Source: Mytilus trossulus
Lineage: Eukaryota
Direction of reading: 5' to 3'
Assembly (NCBI RefSeq): GCF_036588685.1
Contig: NC_086380.1
Location: 5,704,001 to 5,768,000, forward strand
DNA length: 64,000 nt
A program made the position numbers and the translations under genes. Below are positions 42,601-57,600 of the stretch, piece after piece; the first letter of the stretch is position 1; the number at the start of each line of letters is the position of its first letter. The notes beneath the pieces are model-generated. The model did not search any database, was not told where the DNA came from, and saw nothing but the letters and a program-made list of their open reading frames with translations.

Positions 42601-45600
42601 CAACCACATCCATAACATATACCACTGTTCACTTCCTTTATTTATTGTGTTTATTGATCATTTGCTCTTACTTACAATGACTTATATATGCATGTAATAT
42701 TTGCCACTGGACAAACAATCATTAAATAATGCTACTCATGAAATATACTAAAAACACACATCAGTAAAAGATATGGTAAATGTTTGGCCCTCCAATAAAA
42801 ATAGATTTCCCAATTGCAGTTAGTGATGCATGCATAAAACAAAAAATATATGAAGGTTAAATGACAAGGTGACAGCAAGCATGCAATCAAAGATGTATGC
42901 TTATGTTTGTTAAATAAAGCAATTAACAATAATACCATACGTTTTTTTAAGTTCTAAATTAATAAACACAATTTACTCTTAATCCTTTATATTACTACGA
43001 TAGTAAGTTTTTTTTTGTCATATATGTTTACAGAGCCAAAGTCCCATAATGCATACAGACTGATAGAGCCATGGATTGGGACCGGATTATTAGTTGCTAA
43101 TGGAGGCAAATGGAAGAGGAATCGTCGTCTGCTAACTCCAGCTTTCCATTTTGAAGTTCTAAAAAATTACCAATTGATAATGAACAAGACATCAGATATA
43201 TTGCTGGTATTTGTCAAATTAGATTTAAATATTTTGATCAGATATTTGTTATTGATGAAATATGTGCAGATAAAAATCAAGCACTATATCAACAAAATTC
43301 AGTAAAAAAGAGCTAAAGAAATTATGGGAGTACAATTTTGGCTAATAATGTCAAATTACATGTAGATAATAAGTTATATTCTTAATATTCGAGAACTGAA
43401 AATCTGGCAAAGTCTTAATATGGAAACTTCAAACAATGTATAACAAGAATCAAATTCTGAAACTATTTTAACTCTGTTTTCCTAGAAATATAAGCTATTC
43501 ATTAGTAATTGACATCATATAGAAACTGCTATATAAATATGTGACTGGATATCATCTCTTGTCATGTGTGTTATACAAAGGAAAAAAGAAACTCAAATAT
43601 AGGCAATACACAGTTTAGACGAATTAAAAGTTGCAACACAATTTAATGGACATATCATTGGCACTCATACCACATCTTCCTATACCTATAAAAAAGATGT
43701 ATATGAACAGTAAACACAAATGTCTTAAGCTTTAATCAATACAAACATACCAATTGGGGAGGGATAGATATCATGTTCTCTGGAACTTAACCATAAGTTG
43801 GTTTTTAGCTCACCTGACCTGAAAGGTCAAGTGAGCTTTTCTCATCACTTGGCGTCCGTCGTCCGTCGTCCTGCGTCCGTCGTCCCGCGTCCGTCGTCCG
43901 TAAACTTTTACAAAAATCTTCTCCTCTGAAACTACTGGGCCAAATTTAACCAAACTTGGCCACAATCATCCTTGGGGTATCTAGTTTAAAAAATGTGTCC
44001 GGTGACCTGGTCATCTAACCAAGATGGCCGCCATGGCTAAAAATAGAACATAGGGGTAAAATACAGTTTTTGGCTTAGAACTCAAAAACTAAAGCATTTA
44101 GAGCAATTTGTCAAAGGGTAAAATTGTTGTTCAGGTCAAGAACTATCTGCCCTGAAATTTACAGATGAATATGACAACTTGTTGTTGGGTTGCTGCCCTG
44201 AATTGGTTATTTTAAGGAAATTTTGCAATTTTTAGTTATTATCTTGAATACTATTATAGATAGAGATAAACTGTAAACAGCAATAATGTTCAGCAAAGAA
44301 AGACCTACAAATAAGTCAACATGACCGAAATTGTCAGTTAACCCCTTAAGGAGTTATTGCCCTTTATAGTCAATTTTTAACCACTTTTCGTCATTTTTTG
44401 TAACTTGTACAAAAATCTTCTCCTCTGAAACTACTGGGCCAAATTAAACCAAACTTGGTTACAATCAATCTTGGGGTATCTTGTTTAAAAAATGTGTCCG
44501 ATGACCACGCCTTCCAAACAAAATGGCCGACATGGCTAAAATTAGAACATGGTGGTAAAATGCAGTTTTTTATTTATATATTTGAAACTAAGACATTTAG
44601 GGTAAATCTTACAAGATGTAAATGTCCATCAGAAAAAGATCTATTCCCTCACAAATTTTCAGATGAATCTGACAACTCGTTGTTGGGTTGCTGCCCTAAA
44701 ATTGGTACTTTTAAGGAAATTTTGCAGTTTTTTGTTATTATCTTGAATACTATTATAAATAGAGATAAACTGTAAACAGCAATAATGTTCAGCAAAATAA
44801 GATCTACAAATAAGTCAGCATGATCAAAATTGTTAGAGGACCCCTTAAGGAGTTATTGCCCTTTATAGTCAATATTGAACAACTTGTAAATACAGTAACA
44901 GGTGAGCGACACAGGCTCTTGAGAGCCTCTAGTTTTATTTACTGATAATGACTTTTATATTTCAGACCAAACTTGAGAATTATGCGGAGACTGGTGAGAT
45001 ATTTGAGGTGTTTTCTAACATCAGTTTATTTACATTAGATACCATGCTACAGTCAGCTTTTGCTTATGAAATTGATTGTCAAACCACAGGGTAAGATATA
45101 CCAGGGAAATTTTATTGTGTTGCTCTGTCATTTCGGGGCCTTTATTATAGCGGACTATACAGTAAGTGCTTTGATTATTGTTGATAAGATAAGAGTATGG
45201 GTATTTCTCATTATTAAAGGCCATGTGGTAACCTATAGTTGTTAGTTTCTGTATCATTTGGTCTCTTGTGGAAAGTTGTCTCATTGGTAATCGTACCACC
45301 TCATCTTTTTTTATCATGTTTATCATAGCTGTTGTCTGTTTAGAGGCGAATCAAATTTATATCAACAGAATATGTTACCATGATTTATGTTTGATGTTGG
45401 CTCAATATCTAAGCATAATTGAGATAGCATTACTGAGTATATGATGAATTTTGAATTTGTGAATTTTTAAGAAATTATTTGTGCCAGCTTTAAATTTATT
45501 AAAGATTTTATTATGGATAACATTATTTTTGAAAAATTCATGCCCTGTTGTAATGAGCAGTAAAATTGAAACTATGTTTCAGTGTTAAAATATAAAATAA

Positions 45601-48600
45601 ACTGAATTAAGTTTGTTAATCTATAAATCAAGATTAAATAGAAGGGGGAGGTTAAAATCTTATAAGTTTGTTTTTTTATAAAAATTTTATAGCTTGTCTC
45701 AAGTTAGAAAGTACATCTGTAGTTGTTTTACTTCCTACTGTGGATCTATTATTATTGGTGTGAGACCAATTTCTCTAGATTTTGTTGTTGTAGGTAAACC
45801 ACAAATTCAGATGTTCAAGAATTTACAAATATTCTATTTTGGTACCCAGACTCAACCATGAAATCAACTATCCAAGAAAATGCAAGATTTCCTCATTCAG
45901 AAAACATTGATACCCGCAAAAATAAAAGAATCAATAGTATTTGAAAGATTTTTGTTAATTGGAGAACTGAGTTTTGATGATAAATCATTGAATGTTTCTG
46001 TTAAATTAATTCACAACTTTTATCAGCCATAATTTTACTGTTATAACTTTTACTATTACAATGAAGTTGTCTTTACACTTGTTACATTCCAGGGAAAACG
46101 ATCCTTATGTTGTAGCTGTTCATGAACTTGTAGAACTAGTAACAGAAAGATTTTTGTAAGTACTTGTAGAATATTTCTTGCTTCTCACAATATTATTTAC
46201 CATCCGTTACAGGCTTTACCTTTGTGCATTTCTTTCAATATATTTTATATCCAATGAAACAACAAAAGTGCTGCTGATACTATATACTATTAATTCAGAT
46301 ATAATAGAAATATTAAAAACAAAATTGACAAAATTGTGAAATAAGTTATTGAGCTTTCAGCAAAAGTGGCATTCATATTTTTGTATAAGATATCAAAATG
46401 CGATACTAGTAACATTAAGTTGCATTATTAGTATATATAAATACCTCACAATAATTTCTGAATTTACAGACACAGTACCTGGTACCTCATTCTTACTTAT
46501 GGTAATTTTTTGTTATATATCATTTTATTCTGGTATCACCTAAGTTGGACAAAGGTATACAGAAAAACGCATTAGTTTACATTACATTACATATAAGTAC
46601 ATTTGTTGAGGAAGCATTAAATAATATTATGAGGTTTTTTTTTACAACGGTATGATCAGTATAGTCGACAGGTTAACATCAGAGAGAATCCAGTTTGTCA
46701 TATATAATTCTGATAAATTTGCACAATTTTTGGAGTTTAGATTTCTGTTTTTGGTTCATAATAGCATTAAATTTTATAACATTGCAGTTCGTTAGGTATT
46801 TATTGTCAATTAGTAGTGTTCTATCTGCCAGGAGACTGCTGCATTCCATTACATAGTGGTATTCATCACCTATAGCAGCTCTGCATAACTGACACTTTCT
46901 CTGTTCACGGGGAATGTTTTGCCATCTGCCATTTTCAATCGGCAGTTTATGGTTCATGGTCCTAAACCGCGACATTGTTATCACATCTTTATCGTCAAGT
47001 ACATTAAGGTAGTGTTCGAAATTTTGTAATGTCTTGAATAGGCAATAATTCAGGGCTTTCAGCGAATCGTTTACCTTTCCTGTCCATAACTGTGTAAACT
47101 GATCTTATAGTCTTTGTTTAATTGTCGATTTAATGTTAGGTGGTGTATTTTGGAATGACCATAAGTAAGAAACTCCACAATTGTCTAGAATACTTTTCAT
47201 CTTGTCTAATGATCGCGATCGAAATGTTGTTTCTTGTGATAACTTCAAAAGGTATCTAAACATGACAGCAGCGAGCTTACTTTCTTTACCGGTAATTAAC
47301 TTTGTCCAATAAGATATAATTCTAATGTTTATATCTATTTCTAGGGGATACCGACCCAATTCTCCGTAAATGAATTCGTTTTGAGTAGATGGCTTAAGAT
47401 GTAAAAGTAGCTTAAAAAATTTAGTTTGAACTCTTTCTAGTATATCTATGTTTTCGTAACCCCATATTTCGCATCCATATAGCAGAATAGGTTTTACCAG
47501 TATGTCAAATAAATCTACGTGGCATTTAATTGATAAATTGTGAATTCTTCCCTTCCTTAAAACTTCGTACATTGCACTTATAGCTTTGTCCTTTAAATTT
47601 TGTTTGCATTGTTTAAAGCTGCCTGTTTTGCTGAAAATAATTCCTAGGTAGTTAAAGTGTTTTACAGTTTCAATATGATGATTGTTGAATCGGAAAAGTG
47701 GAGGGTTTGTCGTTCTTCCTTTTGAAAAAATTAAGATTTTAGTTTTAGCAACATTTACTCGCATCTTCCAGGTTTCGCAATACTTTTTAAATTTGTTAAG
47801 TGCATGTTGTAGTTGTTCAGGTGATTCTGCCAGGATTACAGTGTCATCCGCGTAGAGAATTATGAATAATTTCATTAAAGTTCCAAGTTTTTCTTCTATA
47901 TCTTTACTTATTGTCTTCATGCCTAAAACATTTTCTGAGATGAGATAGTCTTCTAGGTCATTCAAGTATAAAGCAAATAAAAACGGTGACAGATTTTCTC
48001 CTTGTCTGACACCGATTTCACAAGCGAACGGCTCACAAATTTGACCATTATAGCTCAAGCTGGATTTAATATTCTGGTACATGCTGAAAATAGTATTAAA
48101 CATTTTCCCCTTTATATTGCTGTTCAACATTTTAAACCATAGGAAATTACGATTAACCGTATCGAAGGCCTTTTCAAAGTCTACAAATGCGCAAAATAGT
48201 TTCTTTTTTGAGTGTTGTAAAACTTCAATTAGAGAGTTCAGAAGAAACGCGCAATCAATTGTTGAGTATTTTTCTCAGAAACCATTTTGATTTTCTTTAA
48301 GAAGAGATGTTTGTTCTGAGAATTTTTTAAGGCGTTCATTTAATACCGCTGTAAAGACTTTTCCGAAACAGCTCACAATAGTTATTGGTCTGTAATTTTT
48401 GGGGTTGCGTTTGTCACCTTTGTTCTTGTAGACAGGTTTTATCATTCCTTGGACCCATTGTTTTGGGATTTTTCCGGAGTTGAAAACTAGGTTGAAAATT
48501 TTCACATATATGTCTATAAGAACATGAGCTGATGTTTTTAAATATTCATTAATCAGTTTGTCTTCGGCGCATGCTTTGTTATTTTTCAGATTTTTCAGCG

Positions 48601-51600
48601 CTTTAAGAATTTCATGTTTTGTAATTCTGCTATTTAACTCATCGTTTATTTCTTCATGGGAAATATTACTTTCAATTTGTTGATTTTCTGTATCATCTCT
48701 CAGATCACTGTTTAATTCTTTGAAATATGAGACTAATTTGTCGAAATCGATCTTGGGCTGAGCTGTACTTTTGTTTCCATTTAGAAGTTGCCAAAATTCC
48801 TTACCATCCTTTTGCTTTAAATCATCCATTTTCTTTCTGAAATCGCTTTTGTATTTCTTATGTGCTTTGTTCATTGTATTTTTATATCTCTTCTCGGCAT
48901 CTAACACAAGTGCTCTGTGGAACGGTGACTTATTTTTATTTCGTTTCATCTTACGGAATTCTGACCTAGCGGTTTTGCAGTCATGGTCAAACCATGGTTT
49001 ATTTTTTCTATGTTCTGACTTCTTTCCTGCACTGATTTTAAACCCAAAAGTGTTTCTTGCTGAATTTATTAACACTTTGCCTATTTTACCTATTATCGTA
49101 TCTACTGTTTCTTGCGTCACTACTGTCGTGCCATCAATTTCAGAATTAATATTTTCTATTTCTGTAAGGTTCAAGCATTCTAAGAATTTGTGTGATTTTT
49201 CATTAGTCCAATTATTTATTTTTTGTTCATTTGTTCTAGTATCATCGCTATATTTGGTGCTAACTTCTTGATCTGTTTGTTTCAGCGATATCTCGATTGG
49301 GGAATGAACATCTGAATAGAGACTTGAAAAATCAAGTACTTTAAAATCAGTAAAATTTTGAATAAGTTCTGCGCTGCATAGGCAATAATCAACAACGCTT
49401 GAATTTCGGCATGTGAACTTTCCATCTATCTCACCTAGAGTTCTACCATTCATGATGAAGAAGTTATTTCCCTTGCAAAATTCTAGTAGTTGATTTCCAA
49501 ACCTGTTCTTGATTTTATCTCTACTGTTCCTTTTGCGAGAGAAGTCATACTGGTCTAAATTGCAAACAGCATTTATTTGTATATTTTCGATATCTACGAC
49601 ATGAGACTCACTGTCGGGAACAAATATAAAATCATCCTCTGACCCGGTTCTTGCGTTAAAATCACCAACAAGTAAACATTTTGAAAACCTATGTGATAGT
49701 TCGAATAATTCCATCTCAATTTCGTTTATTGCATCAATGGATGAATATGAAGTATATTCAGGGGGGATGTAAATAATTCCCAAAAGAATATCATCTGATC
49801 TATTTATTACTTTCGTTATTTTACACCACAAAACAAATTTACTTTCAGTTTTGATATATTCAATATTATCTTTGAGATGGTTTTTGTACGCTACAGCTAA
49901 ACCCCCCGACCTTCTTTTGCCAATTTTATTTCTGTTTTTATAAATCAATTCATATCCCTGTAATTGTATATCATCGATATCGTCTAGTTTTGTTTCTACA
50001 ATGCCAGCAATGTCCGTTTTATGCAGCAGTTCCGTAAATTCAGGATATTTGAGTTTTGATTTAATTCCACAACAATTAATACAAGTAAGATTTAGATAAT
50101 TTAACTGATCATTCTGATTTTTCGAGGACTCCCTCCTACAGTTGCGTGGTTAATGTTGCCTCCTTAATGGCGTCATTGTTTCCAGATTCCTGTCGGGACC
50201 TTTTAAAAGGGCGTTCATTTACAGTTTTGTTTCTATGCAAATTTTGTTGGGCTTGACGTAGTAGAACATCCCTATATTCAGTGCTGTTTGGTTTTGTGTC
50301 GGTTGATACATGCCGTTTCCCATTGATATATAATTTATCTCTTACCAGTTTTACTTTTTTACCCTCATTCTTGGCCATCTTCATTACAGGGTAGAGTTCT
50401 TTCCGTTTTCTTTCAATTTCGATCAGGAATTGATCGCTTATCCCAAATGTTTTCCCTTTCAGCTTGAATGTATTTTTAAGTACATCTTCAAGCTCATCTC
50501 TGTGGATAAATTTGGCTACAATAGGACGGGCTCCGTTCAGTCCGGGTTTTCCAAATCGATGAACGCTACCCAGATTTACGTTATAGGGTATGTCCAGTTC
50601 GTTTAATAAAAAGTTCTGAATTTTCAATTTGCACGATTCTTCCCGCTGAAACGCTAACCCGGCGAATACTAAGTTATCGCTCATGCTTCTGCATTTTAAG
50701 TCTAACACTTCCGCTTTTAATTCCTGAATGACTATGTTTGAGACTTTTCCGTTTTCCTCCCCTATCGTCTCCATTCTGTCTTTTATTTGAGATATCTCTT
50801 CAGCATTTGCTGAATATTTGTCTACTACAGTATGAACGATCTGACCCATTTTTTCAACACTTTCTTCAACTTTCCTATTTCGGTCTTGGATCTCGACAAT
50901 TGTTTCCTCATTTGTCTGTACTCTTGTAGACAAATTTGACAGGCCTTCCTTTATACCATCGATTTTCTGTACTTCTATCTCTATTTTCTCGATCCTATCC
51001 GTTAGGACTCGTAGCGACTTCAGGATCTCCATAAGGATAACTCTAGCATCTTTGTCATATAAGAGGTTTCCCGATAATTCATCGTCGGTTTGTTGGGTAT
51101 TTGTAGCCATTTTGACGTTGCTTTGGTTATCCGATTGTTATCAATTGTTCCGACGTATAGTGACGTTATGACTATAGATACAAATTCCTTCTTGTTTTGC
51201 ATAAGTTTTGAAGAAAACGGTTTTAAGAGAAAAGGACCAAATATCATATAAAGATTGGAGTTAATATCAAGCGAAATCTTCTTACCGTTTTTATATCGTA
51301 TATTTAAGTTGTTCGGCTGGTTATAGTCAATATTGTAGCGATTTTGCTCAAGAGCAAATTTTGCGTGCTGCTTCCTCAACAACGTCAAAGTCAAAGTGAT
51401 AAATGATATACAGTTTAGCTTAGATGACACTTAATTTATTTTCTATCAATCTTGTTGCAGGAAACCATGGCTTCACAATGACCTTATATATCTGTTGACC
51501 TCAGATGGTAGAAAGTTTAAGAAACATTGTGACTTTGTACATAAAGTGGCAGAAGATATAATATCAAAAAGGAGAAAAACTATAGTATGTGTTTTATTCC

Positions 51601-54600
51601 TATAAACTGCAAGTATGTCTTTAAACATGGTTTATTACTAGAATAAATTTACAAAAAACAATTTTGTTTTTGAAAGTAAATCTTATGTTTCTGACATTAT
51701 TGACAGAAAAATGAATAACTACACTTTGGTCAATGTGGGTATTCTAATCTGAAATCTTATAAGGGATCCAAATCCTGAGGAATAATAGACAACTTGCAAG
51801 TTTGATGCATTTCCGTCAAAAACTCTGGTTTAAGTGAACGTCATTTGTGCGTTTAGGGGTGTCGTTAAGATTTGTCAAAGTTTAGGTAAACAATAACAAA
51901 CAAATGAATATATGATAGTAATGACATAATTACTGAAAAATCAGAAATGATTGCATGCATTTATAATTGGGATTTTTGAAAAATGGACATAAATGCAAAA
52001 TTAATTATTGTATAAACTATCAGAATGTGAATTCTTATTATAGTGATATTCACCCAGTTGCATTATTCATATTGATAAAAACCTCACAATAATTATTGAA
52101 TTAAGGTGGTACCCAACACTTAAAATTAATTTAAGTCGTATAATTTTCTTAAAATTTTGACAACGTATTAACTTTGACTCTTTGACAAAAATTAGAAAAT
52201 AAAATTAAAATTTGAACCAACCGCTTTATCAGAAAAATTACACCGGTTATGTAGCAGTTTGACAAAAACTTATTTTGACTTGAACAGCTTTATTTTCCAT
52301 AAACAACACAACATAATTAAAACGTTTAGCTGATTTTACAGAGTTATCTTCCTGTACTGTTAGGTACCACATTAATACATGTAGTATTTTTTTTACAGAA
52401 AAAAGAGGCTAAAGGTTATTCACAGAAGAAGAACTTGGACTTTTTGGACATCCTTTTATCAGCTAGAGATGATAATAATCAAGGATTGACAGATTTAGAA
52501 ATCAGAAATGAAGCTGATACATTCCTGTTTGAAGGTATTATATCATATTTTCAAATTTAAGGTTAAGATTCAAAAACATAGAAGTATCTAGTCATTTTAT
52601 GCTTAAAGTCATTTTTATTCAATTTAATCAGTTAAATCTTTGCTTCCTAGGTTTAACTAATTGATTTATTGATTTTTTACCAATCAACAGAGAAAAATGT
52701 GAAAGTTAAATTTACTTGTCAAACTCATATTTAAGGGAAGTAAATTGTGCCAACAAAAAGTTTGCATCATGCTATTCTCTCCTGAGTAGATAGTATAATT
52801 TCAAAAAGTAAAGCAGATTTCATTTTTTTTTAAATTGATTGCACCAATTTGAGAAATACCTTGTCCCATTTGATTCTATTTATATCTTTAAACAGCATGT
52901 ATCATTCTTTTAAACAGGGCATGACACAACAGCCAGTGCTCTGTCATGGGCCTTATATTCCCTAGCAGAACATCCAGAGATACAGAAGAAGTTACAGGCT
53001 GAAGTAGATGAGGTTCTAAAGGGAAGGGATTCAGATGAAATTCTATGGTTAGTTAAAATGGGTACTTTTAGCTGCTAATCATTGAAAATCAAAATGAAAC
53101 ATCAATTAGTTTGTGATTTGTTAAATGATAAGACATAAATAAATGTAAAATGTGTTAATGGCACAAATAATGCACCGCTTGCATATACTCATGCAACAGT
53201 AGAATTGAAGTAACCCAAATTTGCACTAAATATGAGTTTTATAGTGATCAGCATTGAATTTAAGTTACATAACATTTGGCTGAAGAAAACTAAAGTAAGA
53301 GAATGGAGAAAAAAGTTTGGACGGCAATAAGGGTTACAGATGTCCCTTCCTCGGCACAGTCCACATAGACAAATATCAAGAACTTAAATGCAGAATTGCT
53401 GATCTCACTACAATAGGTTGCATGTGGTGAACATAAAAGCTATCTCCTAGGAAGGTTAAGGTGAATTTTCCTTATTGGACCATACTTTGGATTCTTTTGA
53501 AATCTGTAAGCATTTATAACTTTTTGAATTTCATGATTTGGTTCTCCAACTTTGTACATACAATCTGATATTTGAAAACAAATTTATTAAACATACTTTA
53601 ACTAATTTTGAAAATCATTATGCATGGCAAATCTGACAAGTGCTTACATATTCACTACAAGTTTTGGATAATTTATCAATTTATTTTCAGGGAAGATCTA
53701 CCAAAGCTGCAATACACCACTATGTGTTTGAAAGAAGCCATGAGGTTACACACCCCTGTACCTTTTATCCAGAGAGAATTGACAGAACCGATGGAGTTAG
53801 ATGGACATGAGGCACCTGCAGGGACACAAATCAGTATTATGTTGTATAACTGTCATCATAATCCCCTCGTCTGGCCTAATTCTATGGTAGGTTTTGGATG
53901 GAGCTTGAAAATGTACAGTAGATTAAGGATAGTCCTTATGGAATTTGGGAAGTGATGACATATTATAGCTTACTTTATGGTATGAGTTTTTTTGTCATTG
54001 TAAAAGGCAGTACAGTGCCCTGAAGTTGTTTTACATCCTCGTCTTGTTTCATAAGTATTGAAAAAATCCTTTAGAGAAAAGGACCGAAAAAGTAGATTAA
54101 AGAATTGAGGACAATTTGATGTAGTTTGAAAATATATAAAACCATTGTAAGACATCTGATTTTACATTGACATGGTACAATCAGCAAAAGATACTAAAGG
54201 GATAATCAAACTCAAAAACAAACTGACAATGCCATGCAGAAGACAAAAATTCTCATGACTGTGTACAAAACAACATTAAAAACTAAATACTGATCAACAT
54301 AAATCCCACCAAACACCAGAGCTGACCTCATGTTCTCTGGTCTGGAAGGGTAAGCAGATGCTGTTCCAAAAGTAACACCTTTCATGTTGCTCATGTTAGT
54401 ACAAAGCCAATGATAAGTCATATTTGAAATATCACTTTTCAAGACAATTGTGGCATATCATTCATCTTCTGTGAAACAGATATTCCATCAAGGTGGATTA
54501 GAAAATGATGCATTCATTAAATTTAACATGTTAAAGCATGTATTTATTATAGTGTGTGATAACATTGTGTGAGGGAATTTGACGTTTGCTGCACCACTGT

Positions 54601-57600
54601 TCACTCCAGTGCAATTTATGACAATACCACTGCCTCAATCAGAGTTATTTGTTTTGCAGTGTTTTAAGAAATGATTTTGCTTTGTTGTCGCGTATTATTT
54701 GTGAAACATTCAATGTTTTAAAAAGGCGAATTGTCTGTATAAAGTCAATGATTATGTTGACTTTTGAAGGCCAAACTTTCTACAGCCTTAAATACGCTAA
54801 TGAAAGATTCAAAAACTATACCAATACATAACGACATGTTTATGAAATTATATTCGTTATTGCAAAATAATGAACTTAAAATATCTGACATTTTCTCCCT
54901 ACCCAGTTTACCCCTACACATTTTTATGATGTGGACTGGTCATTGTTATTGAATCGTAGGCAATGTGATTGGATTAAGTTGTTATTAGTTTACCTTCAAA
55001 CTTGTTTATGCTTTTCATACATGACTATTGATTAATTAGAACGTGCATGAATGTGTAAGGTAACTAAAATGACCTTCAGACTGGACACTGAACGAGTCAA
55101 TATTATGTTTTATCAATGAAAGTTAAGGTAGGAAAGGTAAGAATTGCCACTTATTCTATTTTCACAAAATTTTCGGAATATACAGTTGAAAGGTTATTTT
55201 TTAAAAGCCTATTGTGAAGATTAAAGAGAAAGTTTTCCATGAAACAAGTCATTTTCTTAAGAGAAATGCTGAAATACATTTTACGCACGACTACAGCAGG
55301 TAAAATTATTATTTATCATAATAAAAAAAAGCATTTTTCAGTCACATTGGAATATGTTGATTAATATAATCCCAAATTTAAGAAGTAAGTAAATAAAGTC
55401 AAAATGTGTCCGATCTGCCTATTTCTGCACATCAAAAGTCAATATGATCGTTTTAAAGTCAATTTCGTTATCTCTCAAAATCTTGTTAGGCACTATAGTC
55501 ATGATAGTTATATGCATTTATTTAAAAAAAATAATAATAATCGCATATAATGTTTGAGTTATCTCCCTTACAACATATGTGTGCAGTGTTATTCAATAGA
55601 CTAAGTTGCATCCCGCTATATTTATTAAAAAAAAAGTCCTTTTCATTTGTAACAGTTGTGAACCAAAGTGTAATTGAAAACAGTCCAAAATATAAATCAG
55701 TACATGTCCAAATAAAAAAGTTTTCTAAGTCACATTTGTGGCATTTGGCTGTTTCCTGCACTTTGGTGGTATCTTCCATCACAGCTCTTTGACACATTCT
55801 TCATTTTCATTCTCAATTTTAATCATATTGTAGTGGGTCGATAAAATGGACAGCAATAAAAAAATAATTGAATTTGTCAAGATATGTACATGTCTGTTGA
55901 CAACTATCACTCATTCTCACAAACTTCAGTTTATTTTATAATCTAGCAACTGTATAAGATATTTTACATTATTTTTCAGGACTATATACCAGAAAGATTT
56001 TCACCGGAGAATGTAGAGAAAAGAGATGCCTATGCTTTTATACCATTCTCAGCAGGTCCAAGGTAACATTTGTATATTTATTTTTAAAATTTACCAAAAA
56101 GGGGACTGTATTAGTTGCTTACCTTCAGAGATCAGTAGCATATCAACTTTAAGGGTTGTGAGCTAGAACCATGGATTCTTGATGTTGAGCTGGTTGATGT
56201 CTATGCTGTGTTGAAGCTTTGACATAGAGGGATCTATAAAAGAAAAGGATTTAAATGTTCAATCTACGGTAAAGTTGGAAGTTTTCATTACAGGGTTATG
56301 TTTGCTAGTTCTGTGATTAAGGTGGTACCCAACACTCACTAAAATTAATTTGGCTTGTTTAATTTTCATGAAATTTTGTTTAAGTATTTACTTTGACCCT
56401 TTTATAAAATATAAAAATTTCAAAAATTTTGAACCAACCGTTATGTCAAAAAAATTACACTGGTTATATATAGCAGTTTGGCAAACACCAAGTTTGATCA
56501 TTCAGAAGCTTAATATTCCTTTTACAACATAACGTAATTAAAGCGTTTAGCTGACTTTACAGAGTTATCTCCCTGTAGTGATAGATACCACCTTAAGGAA
56601 AAATAGCAAAATATCCCCTTGCATTCAAATGATCTCAAAGGAAGACCAGAAATTAAGGAATAGAAATGCATGATATCTAAACCCAACATACAGGTAAGGC
56701 CAAAGAGTTGACAGACCAAAGAAATCAGAAAACTTATAGATGCCATAAAACGAATTCAATTTATAGTATGAAGCATAATACTTTGGAAATACTGCATATA
56801 GAATAAATATAATAAGCTAAATTTGTATCTTTGTGGCACCTACCCTGTTAAAATGTTTTCACAATAGCTAAACAATTGCAGAATTTTTTAATTTTAAAAA
56901 GTTTGATCTTAAATGGATATACATCTCAAATTGCAAACACCTGCCACTGTATTTAGGATACATTAAAAATGATTTAGTTTCACATTATTATTTTAAACAA
57001 CATTAGGAATATGCATCCAGATGTTTGCACTCCCATGTTCAAGTGGTAATGGGTCATGGTAAAACATTGACATTTGTGTACTGACATTTTTAAGAGGGGG
57101 GATGGAGGGGTCCTGATCCCGAAATCCTGGACTTAAAACCATGAAATCCAGAGGTCTGGAATTTAAAAAAACATAAATCCTGACATCCCAAAATTTGAAA
57201 AAAGAAATCCCGGATCCCGATTACTGATCCTGTCATTAATATTTATATATAAGCGATTGACGATCTTATTAAATTTCAACAATGTCATGTGATTGTCATG
57301 AGATTGCTGTCTCATTGATATTTGTATGCCCTACATCTGATTTTCTTCTTGTTAGCGGTATACATGTATGCTCTTTCATGACTTTTGTCTGGTTGTTGTC
57401 TCTGGAACACATTTCCCATGTGTAATGCTCCCACATATTTACATTGTTTAGAATAGCATGAATTATAGGTTTTTTTCTGTCAAAAACATCCACAATATCA
57501 TAATAAAAATAATATTTATATACAAGCAATAGGTTACCAATGCAATTAAAGATAAGAGATATACTTTACCACTAGATACATACTGAAGATACTTTTAACA

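Larger units (their letters stand above)
46520..51385 (-). mobile_element. Near full-length non-LTR retrotransposon (LINE; ORF1 plus APE-RT ORF2), antisense in a CYP4 intron; clade uncertain (RTEX/CR1-group-like)
   Basis: ORF1 at 51110-50136 and ORF2 at about 50163-46679. AATAAA on the - strand at about 46529-46524. Ends are approximate and no TSD was found. Confidence 0.93.

Noticed and set aside
48771-49271. 166-aa + strand ORF
   Set aside because: It is an antisense shadow of LINE ORF2, has a TTG start and shows no recognisable motifs.
51020-51430. 136-aa ORF upstream of and overlapping LINE ORF1
   Set aside because: It has a GTG start lying outside the apparent element end and no recognisable domain. 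Likely incidental.
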